NCBI RefSeq assembly: GCF_004010195.1
Contig: NC_057750.1
Coordinates: forward strand, 8,661,524 to 8,687,741
Source: Chiloscyllium plagiosum
Taxonomy: Eukaryota
Length of the DNA: 26,218 nt
Direction: 5' to 3'
Notes under the pieces: generated by a model
Told to the model about the DNA's origin: nothing
Seen by the model: the letters and a program-made list of their open reading frames with translations, nothing else
Databases searched by the model: none
Part shown: positions 9,332 through 21,482 of the stretch, piece after piece
Layout: every line of letters starts with the position of its first letter
Numbering within the stretch: the first letter of the stretch is position 1
Translations under genes and position numbers: made by a program

Positions 9332-10930
9332 TCATCTAACCTACATTATTCCATTATCATCCATATGTTTATCCAGTGACCATTTAAATGCTCTAAAGTT
9401 GGTGAGTCTACTACTGTTGCAGGAAGGGCATTCCATGCCCCTACTATTCTCTGAGTAAAGAGCCTACCTCTGATATTTGTCCTATATCTATCATCCCTCA
9501 ATTTAAAGCTATGTCCCCTCATGCTAGCCATCACTATCCAAGGGAAAAGGTTCACTGTCTACCCTATCTAATCCTCTGATCATCTTGTATGTCTCTATTA
9601 AGTCTCCTCTCAAACATCTTCTCTCTAACAAAAACAGCCTCAAGTCCCTCAGCCTTTCCTCACAAGACCTTCCCTCCATACCCAGCAATATCCTGTTAAA
9701 TCTCCTCTGCACCCTTTCTAATGCTTCCACATCCTTCCGATAATATGGCGACCAGAACTATACGCAGTACTCAAAGCACAGCCTCACCAGACATTTGAAT
9801 ACTGCAACGTGATCTCATGGCTCTGAAAGGCAATCCCTCTACCAATAAAAGCTAACACACCGTACGCCTTCTTAACAACTCTATCAATCTGGGTGGTAAC
9901 TTTCAGGAATCTATGCACATGGACACTGAGATCTCTCTGCTCATCCACACTACCAAAAATCACACCATTAGCCCAGTACTCTGTATTCTTGTTACTCCTT
10001 CCAAAGTGAATCACCTCACACTTTTCTGCTTTAAACTCCATTTGCCACTTCTCAGCCCAGCTCTGTAGCTTATCTATGACCCCTGTAACCCACAACATCC
10101 TTCCGCACTGTCCACAACTCCACCAACCTTAGCGTCATCCGCAAATTTACTAACCCGTCCTTCTACGCCGTCATCCAGATCATTTATAAACATGAGAAAC
10201 AGCAGTGGCCCCAGTACAGATCCTTGCAGTACACCACTAGCAACTGAACTCCAGGATGAACATTTCCCATTAACCACAGTCAATATCTGATCCAAACTGC
10301 TAAATCACCCTCAATCTCATGCCTCCATATTTTCTGCAATAGCCTACAATGGGGAACTTTATCAAAAGCTTTACTGAAATCCATATACACCACATCAACC
10401 ACTTTACCCTCATCCACCTGTTTGGTCACCTCAAAGAACTCAATAAGGTTTGTGAAGCAGGACCTATCCTTTACAAAATCGTGTTTACTATCCCTAAACA
10501 AATTATTTCTTTCAAATGATTATAAATCCGATCTCTTATAATCCTTTTCAACACTTTACCAACAACCGAATTAAGGCTCATTGGTCTGCAATTACCAGGG
10601 TTGTCTCTACTCCCCTTCTTGCCCAAGGGAGCAACATTTCTATCCTCCAGTCTTCGGTCACTATTCCTGTAGACAATGACAACATAAAGATCAAAGCCAA
10701 AGGCTTAGTGCCTCCTCCCTAGCTTCCCAGAGAATCCGAGGATAAATCCCATTCGGCCCAGGACACATCTATTTTCACACTTTCCAGAATTACTAACAAT
10801 TCCTCCTTATGACTCTCAATCCCATCTAGTCTAGTAACCTGTATCTCAGTATGCTCCTCGATAACCATTGTCTTTTTCCTATGTGAATGCTTCTATATTT
10901 TCTATCTCCTCAGACTCCATGCACAATCTT
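9332..10930 (-). mobile_element. 5'-truncated CR1 LINE (RT and C-terminus), extreme 3' tail missing
   Basis: ORF fragments [71 protein letters not shown]; similar subfamily to 20395-20954. Confidence 0.92.
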
Positions 10931-11359
10931 TTGTGCTCAGATCCCTGGAGTGGACCTCAGACCCAAACTGTCTGCTTTGGAGGCACTAAGCCATAACTGT
11001 AGGCCACTCTGTGATTGTGTTGAGCAATAAAAACAGCGAGATTCCAGGTTTGATGCCAGATTTACCATAATCATCCAATTTCTGTGCTCCTCCAGTTGCG
11101 GCCTGTCGTGTCCAAAATGGTATAGCCTCTTTTCTGAAGCACTGGTCAGATAGAGGGCTTCAGTGGGGCTGGGAGAGAGAAGACTGTTTCCTCTTCTAGG
11201 AGAGACCAAAAACTGAAGCCATCAATGTAAGATTGACATCAATTAAACAAATAGGGAATTCAGGAAACTACTGTTCTCCCCTATCCCCACCCAAATGGAA
11301 AAACAGGTAAAACATACCAGTCATACTTGTAAATGCATGTGTTGCTTGTAATGGAGTGC

Positions 11360-11549
11360 TGGGCTTGGTTAGCTCAGTTGGTTGAATGGCTAATTTGTAA
11401 CACAGTGATGCCAACAGCATGGGGTTCAATTCTCACACTGTCTGAGGTTACCATGCAGGATTCTCCTTAGCCTTTGCCCTGCTTAAACCACCACCAGTTG
11501 TTTGTCCAATAAGGGAATAGTCTATGGTGACTTTACCTTTACTTTACTG
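11360..11549 (+). mobile_element. tRNA-derived SINE with (ttac)-rich tail
   Basis: A box tagctcagttgg, B box gggttcaattc, tail gactttacctttactttact; a second partial copy lies at 21939-22095. Confidence 0.75.
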
Positions 11550-11579
11550 TAACATTGTTCTTAGGTATACAAGACAAGT

Positions 11580-12895
11580 ATTTGGAAAGGCAAGGACTGA
11601 TTAGGGATAGTCAACGTGGCTTTGTGCGTGGGAAATCATGTCTCACAAACTTGATTGAGTTTTTTGAAGAAGTAACAAAGAGGATTGATGAGGGCAGAGC
11701 GGTAGATGTGATCTATATGGATTTCGGTAAGGCGTTCGACAAAGTTCCCCATGGGAGATTGATTAGCAGGGTTAGATCTCACTTAATACAGGGAGAACTA
11801 GCCACTTGGATACAGAACTGGCTCAAAGCTAGAAGACAGAGGGTGGTGGTGGAGGGTAGTTTTTCAGACTAGAGGCCTGTGACCAGTGAAGTGCCACAAG
11901 GATCGGTGCTGGTCCTCTACCTTTTGTCATTTATATAAATGATTTGGATGTGAGCATAAGAGGTACAGTTAGTAAGTTTGCAGATGATACCAAAATTGGA
12001 GGTGTAGTGGACAGCGAAGAGGGTTACTTCAGATTACGACAGGATCTTGACCAGGTGGGCCAATGGGCTGAGAAGTGGCAGATGGAGTTTTCTTCAGATA
12101 AATGCGAGGTGCTGCATTTTGGGAAAGCAAATCTTAGCAGGACTTATACACTTAATGGTAAGATCCTAGGGAGTGTAGCTGAACAAAGAGACCTTGGAGT
12201 GCAGGTTCATAGCTCCTTGAAAGTGGAGTTGCAGGTAAATAGAATAGTGAAGAAGGCGTTTGGTATGCTTTCGTTTATTGGTCAGAGTATTGAATACAGG
12301 AGTTGGGAGGTCATATTGTAGCTGTACAGGACATTGGTTAGGCCACTGTTGGAATATTGTGTGCAATTCTGGTCTCCTTCCTATCAGAAAGATGTTGTGA
12401 AACTTGAAAGGGTTCAGAAAAGATTTACAAGGATGTTGCCAGGGTTGGAGGATTCGAGCTGTAGGGAGAGGCTGAACAGGCTGGGGCTGTTTTCCCTGCA
12501 GCGTTGGAGGCTGAGGGGTGACCTTATAGAGGTTTACAAAATTATGAGGGGCATGGATAGGATAAATAGACAAAGTCTTTTCCCTAGGGTTGAGGATCCA
12601 GAACTAGACGGCTTAGGTTTAAGGTGAGAGGGGAAAGATATAAAAGAGACCTAAGGGGCAACTTTTTCATGCAGAGGATGGTACGTGTATGGAATGTGCT
12701 GCCAGAGGAAGTGGTGGAGGCTGATACAATTGCAGCATTTGAGAGGCATTTGGATGGGTATGTGAATAGGAGGGGTTTGGAGGGATATGGGCCGGGTGCT
12801 GGCAGGTGGGACTAGATTGGGTTGAGATATCTGGTCGGCATTGATGGGTTGGACCGAAGGATCTGTTTCCATGCTGTACATCTCTATGACTCTGT
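11580..12895 (+). mobile_element. 5'-truncated CR1 LINE, same subfamily as 791-5466
   Basis: ORF fragments [48 protein letters not shown]; tail tctctatgactctgtgac; candidate 7-bp TSD gacaagt at 11573-11579 and 12896-12902. Confidence 0.93.
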
Positions 12896-13202
12896 GACAA
12901 GTCAGGATAGAATGTGTCATTTGCAAATTAGACTGGTATTTCTTTTTGGGCAGTGAGTGGAGCTGCTTCTTCAAGGAGCAGTCCTACATTACAGCAGTGA
13001 GCCAATCTTTTTAAATCATATTTGTCATGCGTCTGTTTGTTTTAACAAAGCTACTAGTTCTTATAAACCAAAATTTTGGTATGAAATTTTAAGAATTCAG
13101 GAGAGCATTTTCAGCATTAATATGTTTTAAGGAAAGTTAGATACACACGTGAGGGAGAAAGAAAGGAAGAACATGGTGATAATGCTATACTTTCATAGAA
13201 CA

Positions 13203-13968
13203 TCATAGGGGAGTGGTATTATCACGAGGTACATTATCCAAAGATCGCTCATGTTCTGGGGACCCAGATTTGAATCTCCGCCATGCCAGAAGGTAGAAAT
13301 TGAATTCAATAAAAATCTGGAATTAATAGGCTAATGTGACCATGAAACCATCAGGGAAAAAAAAACCCCAGCTGGTTCACTAATACCCTTTGGGAAAGAA
13401 AATCTGCTGTCTTTACCTCGTCTGGCCTCCATGTGACTCCAGACGCACTGCAATCTTGACTCAGTTGACTCTTAACTGCAATCTAGGCTCATGAGAATAA
13501 TAAAGCATTTTTTCCACTGGAGTGTAGGAGGTTGAGGGGTGGCCTTATTAAAGTTTTAAAAATCATGATAGGTATAGATAAGGTGAATGGCAGGTGTCTT
13601 TTCCTATGGTGGGGGAGTTCAAGACGAGGAGTATGTTTTTAAGGTGAGAAAAGAAAATTTGAAAAAAAGACATGGGGACAACTTTTTTACACAGAGAGTG
13701 GTTCATGTGTGCAATGAACTTATAGAGGAAGTAGTGGATGCAGGTACATTTACACTGTTTAAAAGACATTTGATTAAGTACATGAATAGGAAAAGTTTAG
13801 ACGGGTATGGGCCAAGCGCAGGCAGGTGGATTTAGTTTGGGATTATGTTCCGCTATGTGGACTGGTTGGACCAAGGGGTCTGCTTCCTGCAGTATGACTC
13901 TATGACTATGACTGTATAAATGCTGGCCTGGCCAATGATGCCGGCATTCTGTGAATAAGTTTAAAAAG
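13203..13968 (+). mobile_element. tRNA-derived SINE split by a CR1 3' fragment
   Basis: Head ggagtggtattatcac..gacccagatttgaatc and body ctggttcactaat..catgtgactccagac; the tail resumes at ~13916 (taaatgctggcctggcc..tgaataa). An opposite-strand copy lies at 25153-25405. Confidence 0.7.
13505..13914 (+). mobile_element. CR1 3'-end fragment nested in a SINE
   Basis: Peptide NFFTQRVVHVCNELIEEVVDAGT..FKRHL; tail atgactctatgactatgact. Confidence 0.88.
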
Positions 13969-15236
13969 TTTGTTGATTAATGATAGAAAGTGGCTGTTTT
14001 GGAGCCTGAAAATGTGATGTATTTTCAAAATCCAGGAATAATATGTCATTCAGATTTCCACAATCCACTTAGGAATATTATTTTCTCAAAGAAACTGCCA
14101 AGGTTGTTGGGAAGTCATCTTCTCCTTGTGAATCCATGTTGATCACAGTTTGATCTGTTTTTGATGTACAGATGCTTCTCGAGTTAATTCCCAATTAACC
14201 TAAACTGGAATAGAACCATAAAAGCAGAGGAAGAGGCCATTTAGTCAGTCTACATCTGTGACGGCTGTCTGTAAGATCACCTCACCCAGTCCCACTCCCC
14301 CGCCTTTGCACATAATCCAAAATCCTTTTTGTTTCAGTTTTTAGTTCAGTCAAGGCATATGAAAGGGAATTGAACTGTTTTCAAGTAGGAAGAAAGTATA
14401 GGTAACAGGAAGAAGGCATGTGAATGATACTAGATGAATTGCTTATTTGGAGAGCCAGCACAAACACATTGGCTTTATTCTGGGCTGTAACAAATCCATG
14501 AAAAATTCTTTTAGTTAAACTGCCAGTGAAAGCCATGATCAAATGTACTGCCTCCACACTCTTAGATAAGACATTTGGATCCTAATCACTCCCTGCGTAA
14601 GAATGTTTATCCCCATTGGTTATCTTGTCAATCATATTAAACCTAAATTCTCTGGAGCTCAGCCCTTCCACATATGGAACAGTGTCTCCCTCTGTACTCT
14701 GTCTAGACCCCTCACAATTTTGGAAATCTTGATCAACTCTCCCCTCAACCTTCTTTTCTCCATGTTGGTTCATTCTGCTTAGTATATAGAAGATTGAGGT
14801 GAAATTTCATAGCAGGGCTTGACATGAGGAAGAGGTCAGGTTGGTTAGTGAAGAGAAATTGTTTCCAAAAGGCTAAAGGATGTGTAACTGGAGGACACAG
14901 ATTTAGATTCACTGGCAGTGTTAGTGGTGACATGAGGGGAAAATAATCACACAATTTGCTATTGATCCTTGATAAGCGAAAGGTTAAAGATTGCTGGGTT
15001 GGAGTAGTTGGGGAGGAGTTGGGGGTTACAATCAGATTAGCCAGAGAGGAAATAGCTGGGGCCATAACAGATCTCTTTGCAGCATTCTTGAACACAAGTG
15101 AGGTCCCGGAGGACTGGAGAATTGCTAATGTTATCCCCTTGTTTAAGAAGGGTAGCAGGAATGATCCAGGTAATTATAGGCTGGTGAGCCTGACATCAGT
15201 GGTAGGGAAGCTGCTGGAGAAGATACTGAGGGATAG

Positions 15237-16641
15237 TGAGCAAAATTAGGGCGCATGGTATTGGGGGCAAAGTACTGACTTGGATTGAAAATTGGTTGGC
15301 TGACAGGAAACAAAGAGTAGTGATAAATGGCTCCCTTTCGGAATGGCAGGCGGTAACCAGTGGGGTACCGCAGGGATCAGTGCTGGGACCGCAGCTTTTT
15401 ACAATATATATTAATGATATAGAAGATGGTATTAATAGTAACATTAGCAAATTTGCTGATGATACAAAGCTGGGTGGCAGGGTGAAATGTGAGGAGGATG
15501 TTAGGAGATTACAGGTTGACCTGGACAAGTTAAGTGAGTGGACAGATGCATGGCAGATGCAGTTTAATGTGGATAAATGTATGGTTATCCACTTTGGTAG
15601 CAAGAACAGAAAGGCAGATTACTACCTAAAAGGCAGATTACTACCTACAAGTTAGGTAAAGGGGCAGTACAAAGAGATCTGGGTGTTCTTGTACACCAAT
15701 CAATGAAGAAAGTGAGAACTGCAGATGCTGGAGATCAGAGCTGAAAATGTGTTGCTGGAAAAGCGCAGCAGGTCAGGCAGCATCCAAGGAGCAGGAGAAT
15801 CGACGTTTCGGGCATGAGACCTTCTTCAGGAATGAGGAAAGTGTGCCCTTTCCTCATTTCCGAAGAAGGGCTCATGCCCAAAACGTCGATTCGACTGCTC
15901 CTTGGATGCTGCCTGACCTGCTGCGCTTTTCCAGCAACACATTTTCAGCACCAGTCAATGAAGGCAAGCATGCAGGTACAGCAGGTAGTGAAGAAAGCTA
16001 ATAGCATGCTGGCCTTCATAACAAGAGGGATTGAGTATAGAAGTAAAGACGTTCTTCTGCAGCTGTACAGGGCCCTGGTGAGACCTCACCTGGAATATTG
16101 TATGCAGTTCTGGTCTCCAAATTTGAGGAAAGACATTCTGGCTGTTGAGGGAGTGCAGTGTAGGTTCACGAGGTCAATTCCTGGAATGGCGGGACTATCT
16201 TATGTTGATAGATTGGAGCGACTGGGCTTGTATACTCTTGAGTTTAGAAGACTGAGAGGGGATCTGATTGAGACGTATAAGATTATTAAAGGATTGGACA
16301 CTCTGGAGACAGGAAACATGTTTCCGCTGATGGGTGAGTCCCGAACCAGAGGACACAACATAAAAATAAGGAGTAGGCCATTTAGGACAGATTTGAGGAG
16401 AAACTTCTTCACCCAGAGAGTGGTGGGTGTGTGGAATGCTCTGCCCCAGAAGACAGTGGAGGCCCTGTCTCTGGATTTGTTTAAGAAAGAGTTGGATAGA
16501 GCTCTCAAGGATAATGGAATGAAGGGTTATGGGGATAAGGCAGGAACAGGATCCTGATTGAGGATGATCAGCCATGATCATAATGAATGGTGGTGCTGGC
16601 TCGAAGGGCAGAATGGCCTACTCCTGCACCTATTGTCTATT
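15237..16641 (+). mobile_element. Nested 5'-truncated CR1 of a different subfamily, itself carrying a PLE hairpin
   Basis: [58 protein letters not shown] with a stop at 16557 and its own 3' UTR (ggctcgaagggcagaatggcctactcctgc). Confidence 0.92.
15709..15948. mobile_element. Second fold-back Penelope-like terminal-repeat insertion (orientation opposite to 2531-2754)
   Basis: 101-bp arms 15741-15841 and 15848-15948 (6 mismatches), 6-nt loop, unpaired tail 15709-15740; 15-bp TSD cacca(a/g)tcaatgaag at 15694-15708 and 15949-15963. Confidence 0.88.
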
Positions 16642-18952
16642 CATATATTTACATTTGTAAGAAAATGCCTTATCAGTGATAGGCAACATGGTTTTGTGCA
16701 GGGAAGGTCATGTCTTACCAACTTAATAGAATTCTTGGAGGAAGTGACAAAATTGATTGATAGAGGAAAGGGCTGTAGATGTTATTACATGAACTTTAGT
16801 AAGGCTTTTGATAAGATTCCCCATGGTAGGCTGATGGAAAAAGTGAAGTTGCATGGGGTCCAGAATGTACTAGCTAGATGGATAGAGAACTGGCTGGGCA
16901 GCAGGAGACAGAGAATAGTAGTGGAAGGGAGTTTCTCAAAATGGAGAACTGTGATCAGTGGCGTTCTACAGGGGTCTGTGTTGGGACCACTTTTGTTTGT
17001 GATATACATAAATGATCTGGAGGAAGGTATAGGTGGTCTTGATTAGCAAGTTTGCAGATGACACTAAGATTGGTGGAGTAGCAGATAGTGAAAGAAGCTA
17101 TCAGAGAATGCAGCAGAATATAGATTACCCTGAAGGTGGCATCGCAGGTTGATAGAGTGGTCAGGAAGGCATACAGAATGCTTTCCTCCTTCAGATGGGG
17201 TATTGAGTAAAAGAATTGGCAGGTCATGTTACAGTTGTATAGGACTTTCATTCGGCCACATTTGGAATACTACGTACATTTCTGGTTGCCACATTACCAA
17301 AAGGATGTGGATGCTTTGGAGAAGGTGCAGAGGAGGTTCACCAGGATGTTGCCTGGTATGGAGACCACTAGCTATGAAGAGAGGTTGAGTAGATTAGGAT
17401 TATTTTCAGTAGAAAGACAGAGGTTGAAGAGGGACCTGATTGAGGTGTACAAAACTATGAGAGGTATAGACAGGGTAGACAGCAAGAAGCTTTTTCCCAG
17501 AATGGGGGACTCAATTACTAGGAGCTACGAGTTCACAGTGAGAGGAGAGAAGTTTAAGAGTGATATGTGTGGAAAGTTCTTTACGCAGAGGTGGTAGAGA
17601 TGGGCACATTAGCGTCATTTAAGATGTATCTAAACAGATACATGAAAGGACAGGGAGCAGAGGGATACAGATCCTTAGAAAATAGGCGACAGGTTTAGGT
17701 AGAATTGGCACAGGCTTGGAGGGCCAAAGGGCCTATTACTGTGCTGTAATTGTCTTTGTTCTTTGTTCTGGCCTTGATCCTATGAATGGACATGCAAGCT
17801 CAATTGGCCTGCTCCTGACTCACATAAATCTAGAAATGGCCGCACAAGGGATAGGTGGAAACAGACTGAAAAGTCCTTTTGAAAGGCAAATAGTTAAATC
17901 TGTGAAGGAGAATTGTTCACATGGCTTTGGGAAAAAAGCAGAAGAATTGGGGACTAATTGAATAGCTGGCCCAGGGGAGAGTATTAGTTCCAGGGCCAGA
18001 ATGGCCTCCACCGGTGACTCGCACTAGGGGAGTGTGGGGAGGAGGCTGAGAATTCGATGGCGCCATCACATGATAACAGACCAGCACCCGGCATTGTCCT
18101 CTGCCTGGGGAAGGAGCTGTCAGGGAGTTCTGACTGATCTACACCCACCCTGGGATGAGCTTGGAAGCTGATGGCAGCTCATCGCCTCAGACTTCTCTCC
18201 AGTCGATAAGCCTCAGCTCTCGCTAACAGAGGCAGCCTGCAGTACGAACCTGTGATTTGCCCAGAATATGAATGAAAATAAAGGGGAGGCAGAAGAAAGG
18301 AGTGGAGAGACGGCACTTGTCTGCATCCTTGCGAGCACTCATGCTCTCTGTTCTGTGTCAGGCTCTTTGTCGAATACCATTGCTCAGCAGGGGGATCTCA
18401 GCAGGGATTTAAGTCTTCAAACTGTGATGACAGATGTGTTGACAATTTCATCAACCTCGGTATCAATCAGCTCCCATCTCAGGGCTGATCCAGCTCCCCC
18501 TGAGGCGAACTGCAACTGTGCAGAGGCTCTTCAGCCCACAGTAGGAGCTTGTAGGTTAAAAGACCCCATTTCCTAAGCTGGGATATTAAGCCACCACCAA
18601 TTCAATATTTATGCTTGATCATAGCGAGCCTGATCAATAACAGCTAAACATTGCTCTCGGTGGGGGACTGTCTGCACTGCAAACTACATCACTCTGTCCT
18701 CGCACAGTAAATGGATCTTACTTTAAAGAGAAATGCATTGCTCCTTAACCCATTATCAGCAAACAAATGTTTTTTTTTAATCTTTCAGTGATTTTTTTTG
18801 TCTCTCCTCCCGAATCTGGAACTCTATTCAACAGACAACAGGCAGTCCTTTGTCTAACTGCCACCTTTGAATCTCGGTAGATTTTTAAAACAGGGTAATT
18901 TGATAGCAAATCCAGGAGGTTGGGATCGGCGAACAGGATTCTATTTGGCATT

Positions 18953-19288
18953 AATTATGAGAAACGGTTGAGCAGATTAGGTATCCGCTGAAATTTAGAC
19001 AAATGCAGATGATCTTACTGAAGCATGTAAGATTTTGATGGGGAATGACAGGGTGGATACTGAGATATTTCCCCTGATGGAGTTTAGATTCAGGAAAGAG
19101 TTTAAAAATTAGAGGTCTCCTGTTTAAGATAGAGATAAAGAGGAATATTCCATCAGAGGGTCATCAGTGTTTGGAATTCTATTCCACAGAGAGTAATAGA
19201 GTCCAGGTCATTGATATTTGTATTGAGTGTGAAAGAATTTTAACTGACAGAAAGCAAACAGTAATGTGGAGTTAAAACCAAAATCAGA
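18953..19288 (+). mobile_element. Old degenerate CR1 3' fragment
   Basis: tatgagaaacggttgagcagattagg..gatcttactgaagcatgtaagatt..gacagggtggat..tggaattctattccacagag resembles the CR1 C-terminus/3' UTR. Confidence 0.65.
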
Positions 19289-19291
19289 GAT

Positions 19292-20060
19292 CTGGAGTTA
19301 GGTTTTCTCGCTGAGCTGGAAGGTTCAGTTTCAGATGTTTCGTCACCATACTAGGTAACATTATCAATGAACCTCCAGATGAAGTACTGGTGGTATGGCC
19401 TGCATTTTATTTATGTGTTTAGGTTTCCTTGAGTTAGTGGTGTCATTTCCTGGGGTGATGTCATTTCCTGTTCTTTTCCCCAGGGATGGTAAATGGGATC
19501 CAAGTCAATAGTTGATAGAGTTCCATTTGGAATGCCATGCTTCTAGGAATTCTCATGAGTGTCTCTGTTTGGCTTGTCCTAGGATGGATGTGCTGTCCCA
19601 GTCGAAATGGTGTCCTTCCTCATCTCTATGTACTAGTGAGAGTGGCATGTCTTTTTGTGGCTAGTTGATGTTCACGTATCCTGGTGGCTAGTTTTCTGCC
19701 TGTTTATCTAATGTAGTGTTTGTTACAGTTCTTGCAAGGTATTTTGTAAATGACATTAGTTTTGCTTTTTGTCTGTATAGGGTCCTTCAAGTTCATTAGC
19801 TGCTGTTTTAGTGTGTTGGTGGGTTTGTGGGCTGCCATGATGTTAAGGGGTCTGAATAGTCTGGCAGTCATTTCCGAGATGTCTTTGATGTCGGTGAGAG
19901 TGGCGATGGTTTCTGGACGTGTTTTGTCTGCTTGTTTGGGTTTGTTGCTGAGAAATCAGTGGTCTGTGTTCATTGGGTAATCGTTCTTTTTGAATACACT
20001 GGAAAGGTGATTTTCCTCTGCTCTTCATCGTTCCTCTGTGCTGCAGTGGGTGGTGGTTCA
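19292..20060 (-). mobile_element. 5'-truncated Penelope/Poseidon-type PLE (RT thumb/linker, GIY-YIG endonuclease, terminal repeat), decayed
   Basis: Manual minus-strand translation gives NHLSSVFKKNDYP..IATLTDIKDISEMTARLFRPLNIMAAHKPTNTLKQQLMNLKDP..NVIYKIPCKNCNKHYIR*TGRKLATRIREHQ..GHHFDW..EFLEAWHS (GIY-YIG with CxxC between the two motifs). Confidence 0.9.
19330..19371 (-). ncRNA. Decayed minimal hammerhead-like motif of the second PLE family
   Basis: Minus strand reads uuca-UUGAUAA-u-GUUACC-uaguau-GGUGAC-GAAAC-AUC-ugaa. Stem I (uuca/ugaa) and stem II pair, but the core deviates from CUGAUGA and GUC. Confidence 0.55.
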
Positions 20061-20394
20061 TTGAAATAGTGTTCTAATACAGCATCATTTGTGGATGTTG
20101 GGATGATTGCTTCGGTAGTTTCTGTGTATTCTGCCTGCCACTGGGTGGTTTATCTGATGTGGCATGCTACTTTATCTCCTGTCATGGAGGAATAATTACA
20201 AATAACTACTAGATCTAGGCATTCCATTGCTTAGACATATTTGTGTATGGGCTAATTAGGTTACAACAACAGAGCATGCTTCCAGTAGAGTGTCCTGCTT
20301 CAAATTACCAGTGTAAGATGCAGGCCTTTATGCCCTCAGATCACATACTAAGATATGGTGATAATGTCATATGAGCATGTCTCTTAAAGGTAGA

Positions 20395-20954
20395 CTGTCA
20401 TGTTGCAGTTGTATAAGACTCTGGTGCGGACGCATCTGGAGTATTGTGTGCAGTTTTGGTCGCCATACTATGGGAAGGATGTGGAGGCACTGGAACGGGT
20501 GCAGAGGAGGTTTACCAGGATGTTGCCTGGTATGGTAGAAAGATCGTATGAGGAAAGGCTGAGGCACTTGGGGTTGTTTTCATTGGAGAAAAGAAGGTTT
20601 AGGGGTGACTTGATAAAGGTGTACAAGATGATTAGGGGTTTAGATAGGGTCGACAGTGAGAATCTTTTTCCACGTATGGGGTCAGCTATTACAAGGGGGC
20701 ATAGCTTTAAATTAAGGGGGGGTAGGTAGAGGACAGATGTTAGGGGTAGGTTCTTTACTCAGCGAGTCGTGAGTTCATGGAATGCCCTGCCAGTAGCAGT
20801 GGTGGACTCTCCTCATTATAGGCATTTAAGCGGGCATTGGATAGGCATATGGAGGATAGTGGGCTAGTGTAGGTTAGGTGGGCTTGGATCGGCGCAACAT
20901 CGAGGGCCGAAGGACCTGTACTGCGCTGTATTCTTCTATGTTCTATGTTCTATG
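20395..20954 (+). mobile_element. Young-looking CR1 3' fragment
   Basis: MLQLYKTLVRTHLEYCVQFWSPYY..RGDLIKVYKMIRG; CpGs retained; (ttctatg)3 tail. Confidence 0.92.
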
Positions 20955-20974
20955 ATTGTAAGACAGAAAATAGC

Positions 20975-21225
20975 AACAACCCTTCGGGTAATCCAAACTC
21001 TTCCAATTCTCTTGCACATCTCCAATTTTAATCGCTCCACTACTGGTGATCATGCCATCAGCTGCTGAGCCATTTTGCTTTGGAATTCTCTTCTTAAACC
21101 TCTCCCCGCCTCTCCTCTTCAGATGACCCTGCAATCAACCTTTTTGACCAAGCTTTTGATCATATATTCGGTATCCTTTATGTGGTTCAATGTCAGATAT
21201 TGTTTGAGAGCACCCCTGCGGTGCC
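20975..21225 (+). mobile_element. Old L2-like LINE 3' fragment
   Basis: Degenerate WNSLLKPL..aacctttttgaccaagctttt (LFDQAF-like) end typical of L2 ORF2 C-termini. Confidence 0.55.
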
Positions 21226-21482
21226 AAAACATGCTTGGCTACAGAGATGAAGGTCAAACCCACAATTCCAGTGGTTTTGTCACTGGATGAATAAACCAGA
21301 GTGTATGAGGTTAAATCCCACTGTGATGTTTTGAGAATTTGAATTTGGTTTACAGGGCTCTATACAAATCTATTTGTTATTGCAAATTGCAGTGATCTTC
21401 ATTACCTCGCTGACTGTGACTAGCCACTTTGGGGTCCTCTAGAACACAACATACCATTAATCGCTGAGACATGGCCACATGT

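Larger units (their letters stand above)
15037..17769 (+). mobile_element. 5'-truncated CR1 LINE (host copy), interrupted by another CR1 at 15237-16641 and with internal deletions
   Basis: EVPEDWRIANVIPLFKKG..GKLLEKILRD stops at 15236 and resumes at ~16642 ([22 protein letters not shown]). A segment is missing near 17127 (the WQMEFN..HFG block is absent). Tail tctttgttctttgttct. Confidence 0.9.

Noticed and set aside
14200..15036. Very old CR1-like remnants (also ~11100-11270, ~17860-18005, ~23850-24090)
   Set aside because: They are probably real but too decayed to delimit reliably by eye, so they are not listed as features.
15814..16557. Longest ORF (247 aa) as a novel gene
   Set aside because: It is a chance fusion: the N-terminus is read from the PLE hairpin and the rest is the CR1 ORF2 C-terminus.
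18268..18576. 102-aa ORF in the repeat-free island
   Set aside because: It has no recognisable motif and its length is compatible with chance.
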